Below, one piece after another: positions 50,666 to 63,710 of a stretch of DNA of 64,000 nt (positions are counted from its first letter, which is position 1; every line of letters begins with the position of its first letter). The DNA is taken from assembly GCF_018350175.1 (NCBI RefSeq), contig NC_058368.1, positions 172,176,001 to 172,240,000 of the forward strand. Reading direction: 5' to 3'. Source of the stretch: Felis catus (lineage: Eukaryota). The position numbers and the translations under genes are program-made. A model generated the notes under the pieces. That model saw only the letters and a program-made list of their open reading frames with translations, had not been told where the DNA came from and did not search any database.

Positions 50666-51770
50666 CTGTATAGGTGAGCACAAATCCTCCTCTAGACACG
50701 TTGCTTGGGGGACCAGTCCCTCAGGCATGCTTTGCATGCAAGAGAATTTAAAGCTGATATCCCTTGACAACCAGGCACCAGGAGATGGTTACCCCGATCT
50801 TTCTCGGTTTGTATGATACGATTCTGTGATAATAAGCTAACTACTGTGAAAACAGTACATAAACAGAATCAAAATACAGCTGTATCCTCCAGGCATATAC
50901 TGCTGGGTGGCAGGCCTGGGGCAGCATGCTGCTTTACAGTTCCTAAATTTGGGGATATTGAACAGAGTGTGGACTCCTTTCCCCTTCCTGAGCTCCCTGT
51001 CCCTCCAGGTCCTCGTCTCTGGTTGCTGCAGCCCAACAGAGCAGCTGGTTCCTTTATTTTCACAGTTTGGCTTCTGCACCAAATCTGGATGCATGCAATT
51101 GTTCTCAGCGCAAAATTCTAAGTTTAGGGCCTTAAAAAAAAAATACTATTCAGGCTTTCCCCCACCGCTGGGGATCAGACAGTTGGCTCTCTCAGCCTCA
51201 CCCCCAATCTTAAAAAAAAATCCTTAGGGAACTCCAACTACTCCCTTTTCACCATCCATCAGCTGTTATGGGCCCAAGGGGTTTTTAGGCTCTCCAGATG
51301 AAAACCCTGATAACTAAGTGGGAAGGTTCCAGTCTTTCCTGGCATCAGGCTACACTTCAAAGGCAGCACTCATCTTCACTGGACAGCACGTTCTCTTTTA
51401 AGAGCCATGTGCAAAAGGTAAAATTCTTTTAGAGCTTCCTGACCTACTTGGTCTCTGGGGTAGCAGGGTGATATACAGCAGGTACTTCAAGACTTTCATC
51501 TACATCACCAGTAATGACACCTAAATCATTTCTTTCTGAAAGGTTTCAAGTAGAGAAAAAGAAAAATTCCCTTAAAGCCGAATGAGTAATTCCCTGATGA
51601 AGAAACCACTCTACATTTTAATCTGATCCTCTGGAAGGAAATGGGGTAGGATTTATTATTATAATTAACTGGTTTATGGGAGGTGAACTTGGGAAGTTCT
51701 GTCATCTACGAGCTGCGGCCTGTGCAGCTCTACTGGGCACTTTCTTGCCTTGCTTCTTGTGAACACTCAC

Positions 51771-51860
51771 CCCTATACTACTGATTTCTGATCCCAGGAC
51801 TGGTCGATCAGATGATGAAGACTCGGACCTGGTCTTCGATAGCTTCACCCTCTCAGCAAT
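51771..51860 (-). CDS. MCC: MCC coding exon: IAERVKLSKTRSESSSSDRPVLGSEISSIG
   Basis: 90 nt, phase 0/0. Acceptor ttttgtttttcaag, donor GGG|GTGAGT. Confidence 0.96.
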
Positions 51861-52016
51861 CTTGAAAAACAAAAAATTATCGAAAAATGACATATCACTC
51901 TCTAGATACACTGTTGAGACTGTGTTTTACAGGGCTCTTGTTTAGCCATGGCAACTAAACTGATCAATGAATTTCTTAAAAATTACTCATCCAATTTTTC
52001 TACCATCTGCTTAACC

Positions 52017-52222
52017 CAGGGTTTTCCAACCTTAGCACTAGCGACATTTGGGGTTGGATATTCTTTGCTGTAGAATTCTGTGCGCCATAGGACGGTTAGG
52101 AGCATCACTGGCCTCTAGCCACAAGATGCCACTAGTACTCTAGTTGTGACCACCAGAAAGGTCTCCAGACATTGCCAAATACCCATTGAAGGGACAAAAT
52201 CACTGCTGGTTGAGAAACACTG
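52017..52222. mobile_element. MER20
   Basis: CAG...CTG termini and 'gtctccagacattgccaaat'. 8-bp hAT TSD gcttaacc / gcttgact. Confidence 0.9.
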
Positions 52223-52804
52223 GCTTGACTCAACTTATTCAACTTGATGATTGAGAACTAACCTTCTTGTGGAGACTGGTAGATTACCAGGGAAGAGAAT
52301 ATGTGTCATCTGACCAGTCCCTCTGGGGCAGACTCAACATATAAGCAGGCATGAGGCTGCCTCTCTAACTGACATGGCGTGCCCAGCAGAGCCTATCTGT
52401 CTGCAGGCAGGGCTGTTGGTCCTATGAGAAGGGAGATCATTGATTTATTACTCAGGGTCCCCTCCTGGGCTGAATCCCAGTCCTCAAGAGCAACTATCCA
52501 TCCACCCCTTCTACTGTAGAACCTGACAAAACATCTTACTTTCCACAACAAGTTGACAGCCATGACCTGCTCCTGCTAGTTGATTAATGAGAATTGGCAT
52601 CCAGGTCACAGCTGAGAGAGACTTAAAACTACTAGTGGGTTATCTCTCCCTGCAGCCCCAGCATAGGAGGACTGTGTGAGATGCTACGGAAGAGCCCCTT
52701 GCAGCCTTGTGCACTAATCACATGCCTGCACAGTGGCCATGCTTGGGAGGGGCTGGTGCTTCCAGATAAAAGAGGTGGTGCTCCCACCCGCTCCTGGAGC
52801 TCAC

Positions 52805-52951
52805 CTTGGCGATTGGAATGTCGTTGCTGCTGCTGCTCGTGCTCAACTCCCCGGTGCTGGGGTTAACTGGGCGGTTGGCGGAAGTGAGGCGGCCAGGGCT
52901 GGCGGGCCCTGTGGCCTGAACGCTCTGTAGTCGCGTTTGAAGCTCTCGAAC
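52805..52951 (-). CDS. MCC: MCC coding exon (most 5' in window): VRELQTRLQSVQATGPASPGRLTSANRPVNPSTGELSTSSSSNDIPIAK
   Basis: 147 nt, phase 0/0. Acceptor ttatttcag, donor AAG|GTGAGC. I found no further MCC exon in 52952-64000. Confidence 0.97.
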
Positions 52952-54005
52952 CTGAAATAATAATGCCTTTAGACACAGTCTGTAGTTTCCCTGGCCAAAG
53001 AGCAAAATAGCCAGATGGGTGGATGGCTGAGTTTTCATTTACATTAAGAGATCAGCTTCACTGAAAAGCTAACTTGGTTAAGTCCACATACAAGTTTGCC
53101 GTATTCTTAACTAGACCTGCCACTGGCTGGCCATCATCTGTTCTTCACAAGTATGATGTAAAAATGGTTTTTAAGGCTCTGGAAGGTTCCAACAGAGCTG
53201 CAAGGACCATCTTTAAGGAATGTTTATTCCTTGAACCTCATGGGCCTGAACTCCTGAATGGCACTGCAGATAGAGAACCTGGGATGAAATCACCACTCTC
53301 ATGGAACTCAAACATGAGAGAACAAATAATTTCAATGCAAGTGCACATTAATGTTATAGATATCCACCTAAGGTGCTGTAGGAAGCAAGAAAGAGGAAGA
53401 ATGTGTCTCCATCTGAAGTCGACAGGGAAGGAGGGGGTGGTGCTGGAACAGAGTCTTCGAGGTGACCTGGTTGTAACAGACAAGAGTAGGGGCTGGCTCT
53501 CGTGGTGCTATGGGTGAGCTGAAGTGTAGCTAGGAGAAGAGCATGCACAGGAGCACAGGCAGCCGGGTGACACCCTAGGCCTGAAGAGCTGCATGCACTG
53601 GCACAGAGGGGAGCCTAAGGGGAAGACACAGATGCACCTGAGCTTTTCCCCAAGAGACGTCAAGGAGGGCTTATCCTGGGAATAGTGGAGTGTGTCAACA
53701 GTCTTTCTGTATAAAAGAGAAACACGGGGCCCTTTGAGTTGAATTTAGAACACACATTTACCTGCACAGAATTTAAATGTCCAAACTCCCTTCTCTAGGA
53801 CTATGGCTCAGCGATTTCCAAAGTGAGAAGTGTTCCAAGTAAGTGAAGGTAATTGTTTGAAATTGGTCTTCCTGATGACCTGGATCACAGCTTTATCATC
53901 GGGTACAGTGTCTACCTTGAAGGGCAAACGGACTATGGCACCCGAGGGACCTTCCAAATGGGCACCAGGTCCTGCTGGGAAGAATCATCACTGGCACATC
54001 TGAGG

Positions 54006-54170
54006 CAGTGCTTTTCAAACTTGTCAGTGCACCAGAATGTCAGGGAGGCTTGTTAAAACACAGAGTACAGGGTCCCACCCCCAGGGATTCTGAGTTAGTA
54101 GGTAGAATCTGCATATCTACTAGGCTCCCAGGACCTGCAGATGCCCCAGTTGGGGGCTCACACCTTGAGT
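54006..54170. mobile_element. MER5A
   Basis: 'cagtgcttttcaaactt...cttgttaaaacacaga...attctga...agaatctgcat'. Confidence 0.8.
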
Positions 54171-54866
54171 CTTAAGGGACTCCCAGGGCCACACAGCACC
54201 TCAGCCACATCCCTGACACCAAAACCCTTTTCTAAAAGCGACTGGAAAGCTTTTTATATTAAATATCTTGGATGTCCCCATCCTGCTAAATTGGGAACCA
54301 AAAGTAATTGAAATTTCAATAATTCATCAACATATTAGAAGCCAAAATTGGAAAATTCCCTCGGAGCAAATTGCATTCAATAGGGTAACAGCTACAAAGT
54401 GCCTAATGCTTTGCTGAAGCCTCCAGTAACTGTGGGTTGATGGAAATGTGGGTCGTCCTCATAGTACACCAGACACAGAGCTGACCTCAAAATAGTTTAA
54501 AGACTAGAAAAACATATGCTTGTTAAAGCCAAATGGTATTGCTGGGGAAAGATGACAGGGCTCATTCTAGACTGGTCCCCAACAAATCAAGAAGAGGCAC
54601 AGCGTGGAGGCCTCTTTATGCTGCATGGCAAAGGGAGAGGGCCCACTTTCCCATCAAGCTGGCTTCCTGGCACCTGGGAAAACTCCCTGGTGGAGACCAT
54701 GGATTTCAATTACTTATCGCTGTTTAAGTCTGATGAGGGCCTTAATAACAATGTTAACACCACTCCAAAATCTAAAGAGTATCTGAATCATTCACAAAGC
54801 AATCAATGGTCTGTTCCCAGAATGCCAATTGGCCCACCTCATCTTACTTTTAAAATATATACGTAA

Positions 54867-55043
54867 GGCGTACGTGGGTAGCTCAGTTGGTTAAGCCTCT
54901 GACTCTTGCTTTCGGCTTAGGTCATGATCCCACGTTTGTTGGAATTGAGCCCCACATCGGGCTCTGCGCTGAGTGTGGAGCCTGCTTGGTCTCTCTCCTC
55001 TCTCTGCTCCTTCCTCTCTCACCCTCTCGCTTTAAATAAATAA

Positions 55044-55045
<2 letters not shown>
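54867..55045 (+). mobile_element. Can-SINE
   Basis: Degenerate head, CT tract and tail. Confidence 0.85.
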
Positions 55046-55046
<1 letters not shown>

Positions 55047-55123
<77 letters not shown>

Positions 55124-55128
55124 CACAC
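55047..55128. repeat. Compound (TA)n(CA)n microsatellite at the end of a SINE tail
   Basis: About 21 TA units followed by about 14 CA units. Confidence 0.95.
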
Positions 55129-55208
55129 AAACATAAATTTATTTATAAATATATATTAATTTCCTTAGGCAAATTTATAAGAACTTCATTAAAACTACCT
55201 AGGTTATC

Positions 55209-55409
55209 GGGGCACCTGGGTGGCTCAATCAGTTAAGCGTCCAACTTCAGCTCAGGTCACGATATCATGGTTCATGAGTTCGAGCCCTGAGTTGGGCTCT
55301 GCTGCTGCCACACCTTGGATCCTCTGGTCTCCCTGCTTCTCTGCCCCACCCCTCTGTGCATGCGTGTATGTGCATGTCCTCTTTCTTTCAAAAATAAACA
55401 TTAAAAAAA
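55209..55409 (+). mobile_element. Can-SINE
   Basis: Head GGGGCACCTGGGTGGCTCA and A tail. Confidence 0.9.
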
Positions 55410-56000
55410 CCTGCCCATGTTATTAAAAAAAAGTTTCTTCTTCTAATCACTAAAGTGAAACATGTCCACTGTGGAAAATTTAGATGGCACTGAAAAATAA
55501 CAGAAAATGTTCTTTTTTTACTGCGTTTCCATGGCTTGTTTGCGCACAGGCATGCATGCTTAAAACCATTTCTAAATCTAAATATCCATTTTCCTTGAAA
55601 AAGTTTTAGACCTAGAGAATGTCTTTGAAAAGCACAGAATGATAAACATGTTTATTTTTGGTCTACGCTTTATCATTTAATGATAATTGTTAGGCAGTGA
55701 AAAAAATCCAGCTGAAGGGAGTAAAGTGAGCTTGTTATGAAGATAGACAGCCAGTTGGATTAAACAGCCTTCTCTCTTTTCTTGATTTGGGGGAGGGGGG
55801 GGTAGGGCTTAATTAATTTAAATGAATAAATGCACAGAAATGAAGGCTACAATCAATTTGCTGATTCAGCACAGATGAGGCTTGGGAGAAGGGAGAGACA
55901 TAGCTCTGTCCTCATTCCTATTCTCACCCACTATAGGAGATTGTGTCATGTATCCCCCACCCCCCCAAAAAAAGGCCAAGTTCTAAACCCCCAGTACCAT

Positions 56001-56206
56001 GGCATCTGGGTGGCTCAGTCAGTTGAGCATCCCACTCTTGGTTTGGGCTCAGGTCAGGATCTTGCAGTTTTGTGAGTTCAAGCCCCACATCAGGCTCTGC
56101 GAAGGTAGCAAGGAGCCTGCTTGGGTTTCTCTCTCTCCTTCTCTCTCTGCCCCTTCCCCACTTGAGCTGTCTCTCTCAAAATAAATAAACTTAAAAAAAA
56201 AAAAAA
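56001..56206 (+). mobile_element. Can-SINE
   Basis: Head, CT tract and A tail. Confidence 0.9.
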
Positions 56207-56423
56207 GGTCAAGTAGTTGTTCAACAAGCAAATAAAAAGGAAAAGGCAATGGGGGCAGGGTGGAATGGGGTTGGGTGGGGTGGGGTGGGGTGGAGAGGAC
56301 TGTGAAAGGTTCAAATAAGGAACTGACATTAAAATGCCAGAACTCTGCATTTCTCATTTATACTCTGACTCCCACAGAGAGTAAAGGGTCTTATAAAAAT
56401 CATTTGATTAGAAAGGAGAATGA

Positions 56424-56872
56424 GGGGCACCTGGGTGGCTCAGTCAGTAAAGGTCTGACTCTTGATATGGGCTCAGGACGTGATCTCGAGGTCATGAGAT
56501 AGAAACCTGCATCTGGCTCTGCACTGAGTGTGGATCCAGCTTGGGATTCTCTCTCTCCCTCTCTCTCTGCCTCCCTCCTGCTCGCAAGCATGCACATTCT
56601 CGCTCTGTCAGAATAAACAAGCATTTAAAAAAATTTTTTTTAATGTTTTTATTTATTTTTGAGACAGACAGAGAGAGACAGAGCATGAGCAGGGGAGGGG
56701 CAGAGAGAGAGGGAGACACAGAATCTGAAGCAGGCTCCAGGCTCTGAGCTGTCAGCACAGAGCCTGACGCGGGGCTCAAACTCACGGACTGTGAGATCAT
56801 GACCTGAGCCAAAGTCGGACGCTTAACTGACTGAGCCACTCAGGCGCCCCAAAAACAAACATTTTTTAAAAA
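56424..56872 (+). mobile_element. Can-SINE whose tail is interrupted by an antisense SINE
   Basis: TSD AGAAA(G/A)GAGAATGA at 56410-56423 and 56873-56886. Confidence 0.9.
56627..56850 (-). mobile_element. Can-SINE inserted antisense into the previous SINE's tail
   Basis: TSD AAACAA(G/A)CATTT at 56615-56626 and 56853-56864. Confidence 0.92.
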
Positions 56873-57205
56873 AGAAAAGAGAATGAACTAAATGAACAAG
56901 AAAAAGGAGGTAAGTCAAGAGATGTACTGACAGTTCAAGAAAAAGATAAGGTTCAAACATCACAATGGAAGCAAAAATGGTAAAATACACCCTAGACTAG
57001 CATTACCCAACAACTTCTGGTACCAATGCTGATGTTGTACAGCTGCACTGGCCACATGTGACTTCTGAGAACTTGCAATGTGCCTACTAGACCCAAGGAA
57101 CTAAATATTTAACTGCATTCTATTTTAATCAATTTGAATTCAAATGTAAATAGATGTAGCCTGTAATGACTGTATTGGTCAGTGCAGTTCTAGAACTATT
57201 CTAGG

Positions 57206-57207
<2 letters not shown>

Positions 57208-57252
<45 letters not shown>
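57208..57252. repeat. (CA)n microsatellite, about 22 units, next to a MER3 remnant (about 57030-57190)
   Basis: Perfect CA run. Confidence 0.95.
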
Positions 57253-57256
<4 letters not shown>

Positions 57257-58987
57257 CACAAATTGGTGGCTGGTGTGATTTAGTGAATCAGGGTGCCACT
57301 CAGCACAATGGCGAAAACATAAGAAGGAGCAGATTTTTCAAAGAGAAATAAAGACGCTAGCTTTGGACATGCTGAATTTGAGAAAACCACGGGGGTATCT
57401 AAGTGATTCAGTCAACAATTAGAAATAGAACCCAAGGGAAGGAGAGCAGAACTGGGCATCCAGTTTAGGAATGTTACATGAAGATGAGGCTGCCCAGGGA
57501 AGAGGCAGAGCAATGGGGGCGGGAGGAGAGCCCATACACAGGCAATTGATCAATGGAGGACTGACGAGAAGGTGCTTTTGCTCTGGGATGGAAAAGAGGT
57601 GAGGATAGGCAGTAAGAAAGGGGAGTTTGCAGATAAGAGGAGGAAGATGGGAAACAGAAGAGCTCCCATCAGATGGGATGTTTCTCTAAGAGAAAAGAGT
57701 TAAAGTCCTCTGCTAGGAGTGAGGGAGGGAATAGCAGGTATCAGAAATGACAAAGGAAGCTGAGGACCAAAAAAAAACAAAACAAAACAAAACAAAAAAA
57801 AACCCTGCAAACTAATACGTCAGCACTGAGAATGCACTGAGCTCTTTCATTCAAGACAGTAGACTGAGTCAATGCATTGTTCTCTTCAAACTCTGGAGAC
57901 CTCATGGAAATAATAGTGAAGAATACAAAGAACAGATTAAAACCGAAACAGTGAAAAGCACATGCTTAGGGCATTAGCAGAAAGATTTGGGCACATTCTG
58001 TACGTGCAAAGTAGAAGGAAGAGTAATGATGGAAGGAACAGAATGGAAACGCCAAATTCTATCAAATACACGAGGGAAGGCGGCCTGTCTACCCCCAAGA
58101 AGGTTGGCAGGGCTTAGACGCAGCCTTGGCAGGTACTATGAAGGACGAGAATGAAAAGTAGGCTGAAAACAGGAGTAAGACTGTCTGTATACAGAACAAA
58201 TGACAATTTCCAGCATATGACAGCCTCAGCTAAAGTAAACAGGCATTCCTCCTACTAAGAATGCAGAGAAATGCTGCATAAAAGAGCAACAATGAGAAAG
58301 AAATTTACTGCCAAGGTTAAAAGAAAGGCAGTGAGAGCTCCAGGTGCCAGAAATGAAGTGGGAAATAAAACTACAGAGGTTAGGGGGAGGTAGTGCCACA
58401 GCAGCCCTGGGAATTGAGAACAAGGTATAGCATGTGGGGCCAGGAGGGGCAGAGAGGCACCCCTGTCAGGCTGTCTGAGCAGATCCTCCTCTATAAGCCT
58501 GGAACTTTCCTGCTCCGCCGTTCTGTGACCAGTGCACTAACACAAAGGGAGTTGCTGGAGAAGCCAGAAAGAAGCCCCAGAACTGTGCCCAGGGGTAAAC
58601 CGTAAGAAGCCAAAATCCCAGACCCAGGACGCATTTAGGTGTTAAATCCAAATCTACAGTATCTGTGTATGGCAGGGCCCCAATCTTATAAATTAAGAGT
58701 GAACACTGGTCTGGATTTTGCCAGCCAGGCACTGCCTCAGAGACCTTATTTGTAAATCACCCATTATCTCTGGGGGACATAAGGTTCCCGTGACCAGAAG
58801 CTGCTAGACATGGAGGGATGACTGCAGAGAAGGGACAATGACACAAGAGAGGCAGCAATCTAAAGCAGAGATGAAGCCACCCAAGAAGAAATGAAAATAA
58901 AGCAAACGGCAAACTATGTCACAGTCTGCTGAGGGTCCTTCGAGAGAGGAAAGGAATAATTTCTATAAAAAACAGAAATTAGGAAAA

Positions 58988-59209
58988 GGGGCACCTGGGT
59001 GGCTCAGTCAGTTGAGCACCTAACTTTGGGTCAGGTCATGATCTCAGGTTCGTGAGTTCAAGCCCTGCATTGGGCTCTCTGCTGTCAGCATGGAGCCCAC
59101 TTCAGATCCTCTGCCCCCCTCTCTCTGACCCTCCCCCGCTCAAGCACTCACGCACACATTCATGCTCACTCACACACTCTCTCTCTCTCTCAAAAAAAAA
59201 AAGTTTATA
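58988..59209 (+). mobile_element. Can-SINE
   Basis: Head and tail. TSD aaatta(g/a)gaaa. Confidence 0.9.
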
Positions 59210-59597
59210 AAATTAAGAAACAAAATCAGGAAAATATCAAACAAGAATAGGTGGATAAAAAAAAGCCAGGAGAAAATGTAGCCAATAAATAAAATCAATG
59301 TACTGGTTAAAGTCTAGACTGGGTAAAACTGAAAACAGAATTAGTGACCTGGAACAGAGAAATTAATTCAGAACCCAGCACAGGGAGCTGAAGAGATACA
59401 AAATATGCACTAGCCACTGATACCACAAATAGCCACCGAGGCTCCAACGTACTTTTAAAGAAGTTCCAGAGGAAGAGAACATGACATGCAATGTCATGAC
59501 AGACAAGCAATATTTGAAAAGAAAATAGATGGGTTTTCCAGACATGGAGGCAGACCTAAGTCCAGACACTGAAGAATCACATTAGGTTCTAGCCAGG

Positions 59598-60113
59598 TGT
59601 GGTCATTTGCAGATACATCTGCAAATTCTTTGATATTCCCTCCATCAAGGGGTGGAGTCCAATTCCCCTCCCCTTGCCTGTGCCTGGCCCGAAGGTCTGC
59701 TTCTAATGAACAGAATGTGGTAGAAGCTAGACCACACAACTTCTGAGGCTCGATTAGAAAAGAATAATCAGTCTTGCCCACTTGCTCTTGGGATGCTGGC
59801 CTTACAAGCCACTGGCCACTCCACCATGAGGAAGCCCAGGCCACCTGGAGAGGATCTTTGCAGGTGTTCTGACCAACAGTCAGAGCTTAAGGTCCCAGAC
59901 AACAGCCAGCCTCGCCCCGAAGACATAGGAGTAAGGGGAGCCTCCAAGATGACTCTGCCCTAGCCACCATCTGACCGCAATCACATGTGAGCCCAAGTGA
60001 GAACTGTCAACCAGAGCCTCTTGGTTCCCCAGAACCATGCAGATAGTAATGAATCATTGTTTTAGGTCTTTAAGTTTGGGGTGGTTTGTTATACAGTTAG
60101 AGCTACTTGGAAA
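59598..60113 (+). mobile_element. MaLR LTR (MLT1G/H-like)
   Basis: Starts 'tgtggtc'; contains 'aaattctttgatattccctccatcaagggg' and 'taagtttggggtggtttgttatacag'. Confidence 0.75.
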
Positions 60114-60292
60114 GTGAGGATGAAGTCAAAATTGCATATGTAGCAACACTGTAGTGCAAACGTAGGGGGGAAAAGGAATAAAGAGATAATCTTAAGGCTG
60201 TCTGGTGGGATGCCTAGCCACTTAGGCAAAAGAAAAAAAAACCTAAAAACCTAGAAACTGTCATCCTAAAATTTAAAACATAGCTAGACTAT

Positions 60293-60715
60293 TGTGGTAG
60301 GCCCAATAATGGCCTCCAAAGATGTCCACATCATAGTCTTAGAAAGCTGTGCATATGTGACTTTACACAGGCCAAGGGAACTTGCAGGAATAACTAAGAA
60401 TCTCATGATCAGGGAGAATCTTGAGATGGGAAGATTGTCCCTGATTATCTGGTGGGCCCAGCAGCCGGAAGCATCCTTGCAAGAGAAGCAGGATGAAGGG
60501 GCACGAGGCCTGCTGCTTCTAGAAGCTGGAAAAGGCAAGGAAGCGGCTTATCTTCTAGAGCCTGAGAAGGAATGCAGCCCTGACAACATTCAGATCTTAG
60601 GGGGTGAGATGCACTTCAGACTTCTGACCCTCAGAACTGTAAAATACGAAATCCATGTTATTTGAAGCCACTAGGTTTGTGGTAAATTGTTACAGGAGCA
60701 AGAGGAAGCTATGTA
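60293..60715 (+). mobile_element. MaLR LTR (MLT1C/D-like)
   Basis: 'tgtggtaggcccaataatggcctccaaagatgtccac', 'ctagaagctggaaaaggcaagg', 'aagccactaggtttgtggtaaattgttaca'. Confidence 0.85.
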
Positions 60716-60805
60716 ATCGTCATCAAGAGCAAGGGCAAAAACAAAGACATGCTCAAAGATTAAGAATTTACCCAGCGCAGACCTTTATTGAAAGAACTTC
60801 TTTAA

Positions 60806-61032
60806 AATTTTTTTAATGTTTATTTTTGAAAGAGAGAGAAAGAGAGAGGGAGACAGAGAGCACGTGTGCATGCATGGGGGAGGGGCAGAGAGAGAGAGGG
60901 AGACACAGAATCTGAAGCAGGCTCCAGGCTCCCAGCTGTCAGCACAGAGCCCGACACGGTGACCCACAAACCGTGAGATCATGACCTGAGCTGAGGTCAG
61001 ACGCTTAACCGACTGAGCCACCCAGGGGCCCC
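60806..61032 (-). mobile_element. Can-SINE
   Basis: Perfect 17-bp TSD TGAAAGAACTTCTTTAA at 60789-60805 and 61033-61049. Confidence 0.95.
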
Positions 61033-62303
61033 TGAAAGAACTTCTTTAAGAATACATGCTTTCAGTAACAAGAAAACCGAACCCTAAAAACGAACCCTAT
61101 GAAAGAGACCACAGTGAGCACAGTAGATGGCAGAATGAACGGGCAGGAGGAACCCTCCCGTGCTGCCCATGAGTGGAAGGACTGGAAAGCCGTTCTGCAA
61201 AGCCATGCTGTGGGGCTTGGTCAAAATAAGAATATGGAGACCCAGGACTCTGCACCCTAACTGCTGGACATGTACTGCAGAGAACTTCCCACCCAGGCCT
61301 GAAGGATACAAGGGTACAGGCACTGCAACGATGTCTGTGGTAGTGAAGTCTGGCTGTCAGGTACAGTCCATGTGGCAGGTGACTCTACAGAACACGAGGC
61401 AGCCGTCAGCTCACAAGGCCGGATGGATGTGCAGCAATATGGACAGACCCAGAGTGCTGAGCGGGAGAAAGAAGTCTACAGCACAACAACATTTATGTAA
61501 GTTAAAAGCAATACACAAAACACTGTGTATAAAAACATATACAAAATGGGGAAAGGAAATGGGATATAAAAGGAATAAATAAGTTAAGCAAGGAACCTTT
61601 CACAGATCAGTGAGTGTGCCTTTAACAGACGAATGTAATTAGCTTATCTCTCTTCCCTTGCAGGCCAAATGAAAGCAAACAAATGCAAGAAGGTAAATAC
61701 CAAGATGAGAGATCAGGAGCCTAAGAGATTATGGTGGCCAGACAGCAAGATGCTGGTGATGAGGAATCTGGTGCTGGAGCTGACAAAGGCAAACATCCGG
61801 TGGGGCGGGCACAGGGGAGGGTTTCCAAAGTGAGGGGAAGTCCCCTGAAAAAGTGATGCTAGGCCAAGTGTAAGATGGGTCAGCTGCTGGACACTTTGAT
61901 CTCCCAGGACAGCTGTAGGAACAAAGACAAGGCCACTGCATCTGTTGATGAAGTCATCTGTGAATGTGGTCCACAGACAAGTGACAGGCAGGAATGAAAG
62001 GTGGCCTGGGAGTCCTGAGCAGGATTAGAAGCACCATCATCACCCAGAGAAGAAGTCTGTTCCACTTACGATGTGCAGCAGTACTGGCTGGGTGGTTGTA
62101 ATTTCAGGCAATTAGGGTGTAATTCATAATTTCACTGTGTAATAGAGCTCGTTGAGAGGAGAGGATCTACTCTGCAGAAGGGCAGAACCGCTGGGCCGCA
62201 GAAGCTCTACTTAACAAGCTTCAGGCAGTTGGTCCCATGTGCTTCTCAGAGAAGCCTCCTCCAAGTCCAGATTTGTGGGTATTCTGTAGAGAATCACTCT
62301 CTT

Positions 62304-62564
62304 CTCTTTTTTTTTTTTCTTTCTTAAATGTTGGTTTATTTTTGAGAGAGAGAGAGAGGGAGAGAGAGAGAGAGGGAGAGAGAGAGAGAGAGAGACAGTG
62401 CGAGCGGGAGAGGGACAGAGAGAGGGGGAGGCACAAAATTCCAAGCAGGCTCCAGGCTCTGAGCTGTCAGCACAGAGCCCGACGCGGGGCTCGAACCCAT
62501 GAACCATGAGATCCTGATCTGAGCTAAAGTCGGAAGCTTGACTGACTGAGCCACTCAGGCGCCC
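62304..62564 (-). mobile_element. Can-SINE with long (GA)n tract
   Basis: Perfect 15-bp TSD GAGAATCACTCTCTT at 62289-62303 and 62566-62580. Confidence 0.95.
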
Positions 62565-63489
62565 TGAGAATCACTCTCTTACTGGAGATTTTAGAAGTCT
62601 TTTCTTGGAGTCTTTAAACAAATGAGGAATCCGAATTTACTTACAGAAAAGACACACATTTGTTCCTATTAATCTCATTTCCACAGTGTTTCAGGAAAGT
62701 TGTATTTTACGGGTCATGGCAATTCTGTGTAGGCTGAAACACAAGAGGAAGGGGACCACAAGACAGAAGAAGGAAAACAAACCCGACAGCATTTCCATTC
62801 TCTGAAGATTTGATAGGTGCATTGTTTTCTTTGTGTTCCACAGCCCACCGAAGAACCTAGACCGGATTATCAAAATGGCTCCATCAGGGAAAGGGGCAGA
62901 GTTTTGGCTGCCATCTTAATTTCTTACCAGCATTCCAAAAAAAGGGAGTCAGCTATTTCACTTATAGCCAACAGTTCGTCTTTAAACAGCCTGACCTGGG
63001 ATTTAGGGGTCGGGGTTGGAGAAATGGTAAGTAAACACTGGCGCCCACAACTAAAAAAGTTACCTCACAATTTCCATGGCACAAATGTGCATGAAGTGTT
63101 TTTAGAGTAAGTGGAACTGTTTTTAAAGAAGACATGAAAAGAATCATAGTTCTGAGAATTCTCGATCTTGGATCCCACTTCACACTTCCTCAAGCCACAG
63201 AAAGGAGGGGTGATAGGTTTTACCAATAATGCTTTGTTGGGCTCAAATCAAGATAAATACACCCACCATTAACTTCTTCTCTGTGAAACAAACTCATTTT
63301 GCCTTCATTTAGTGTTTTCTTAGCATGCTAGCAAGATTGATCTATAGAAGCCTAAGGAATCCGGTGTCCCTGTTACTGTCACAAAGGATGGTTTATTAAT
63401 TTCTGATCTGTGTGGAAGCAGGAGATAGGATGAGGAAAAGGGGGAAGAGGACCCAGGAAAAGCATTTGAACAATAGGACAAGAAAAACT

Positions 63490-63710
63490 GCATCACATAT
63501 TAAGGCTAGGAGAGCCCAAGTTTCGGTGCTAAGAATTAATGTCAGTGTAGACGAGGACAAGATTATCAAACTTCTGTGAGCGTTGGTTTTCTCATCTCTA
63601 AGAAGGGTATAACACTAGTACCTATCTTGTAGAATTCTGGTGCAGATTAAACAAGACATGCATAAATCATCGTTCATCACAAGTAAATGCTCAAAGTATG
63701 TTTTGTCTTT
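63490..63710. mobile_element. MIR
   Basis: 'ttttctcatctctaagaagggtataacactagtacctatc...agtaaatgctcaaa'. Confidence 0.75.

Larger units (their letters stand above)
58190..61090 (+). mobile_element. Highly degenerate old L1 (ORF1-region-like), fragmented by later insertions
   Basis: A-rich plus strand with L1-like motifs 'gaaaacagaattagtgacctggaa', 'gaagttccagaggaagagaac' and 'ttaagaatttaccc'. No intact ORF. Confidence 0.5.

Noticed and set aside
9434..62554. Recurrent ORFs of the type MAQSVKRPTSAQVMIS...
   Set aside because: They are translations of Can-SINE copies, not a gene family.
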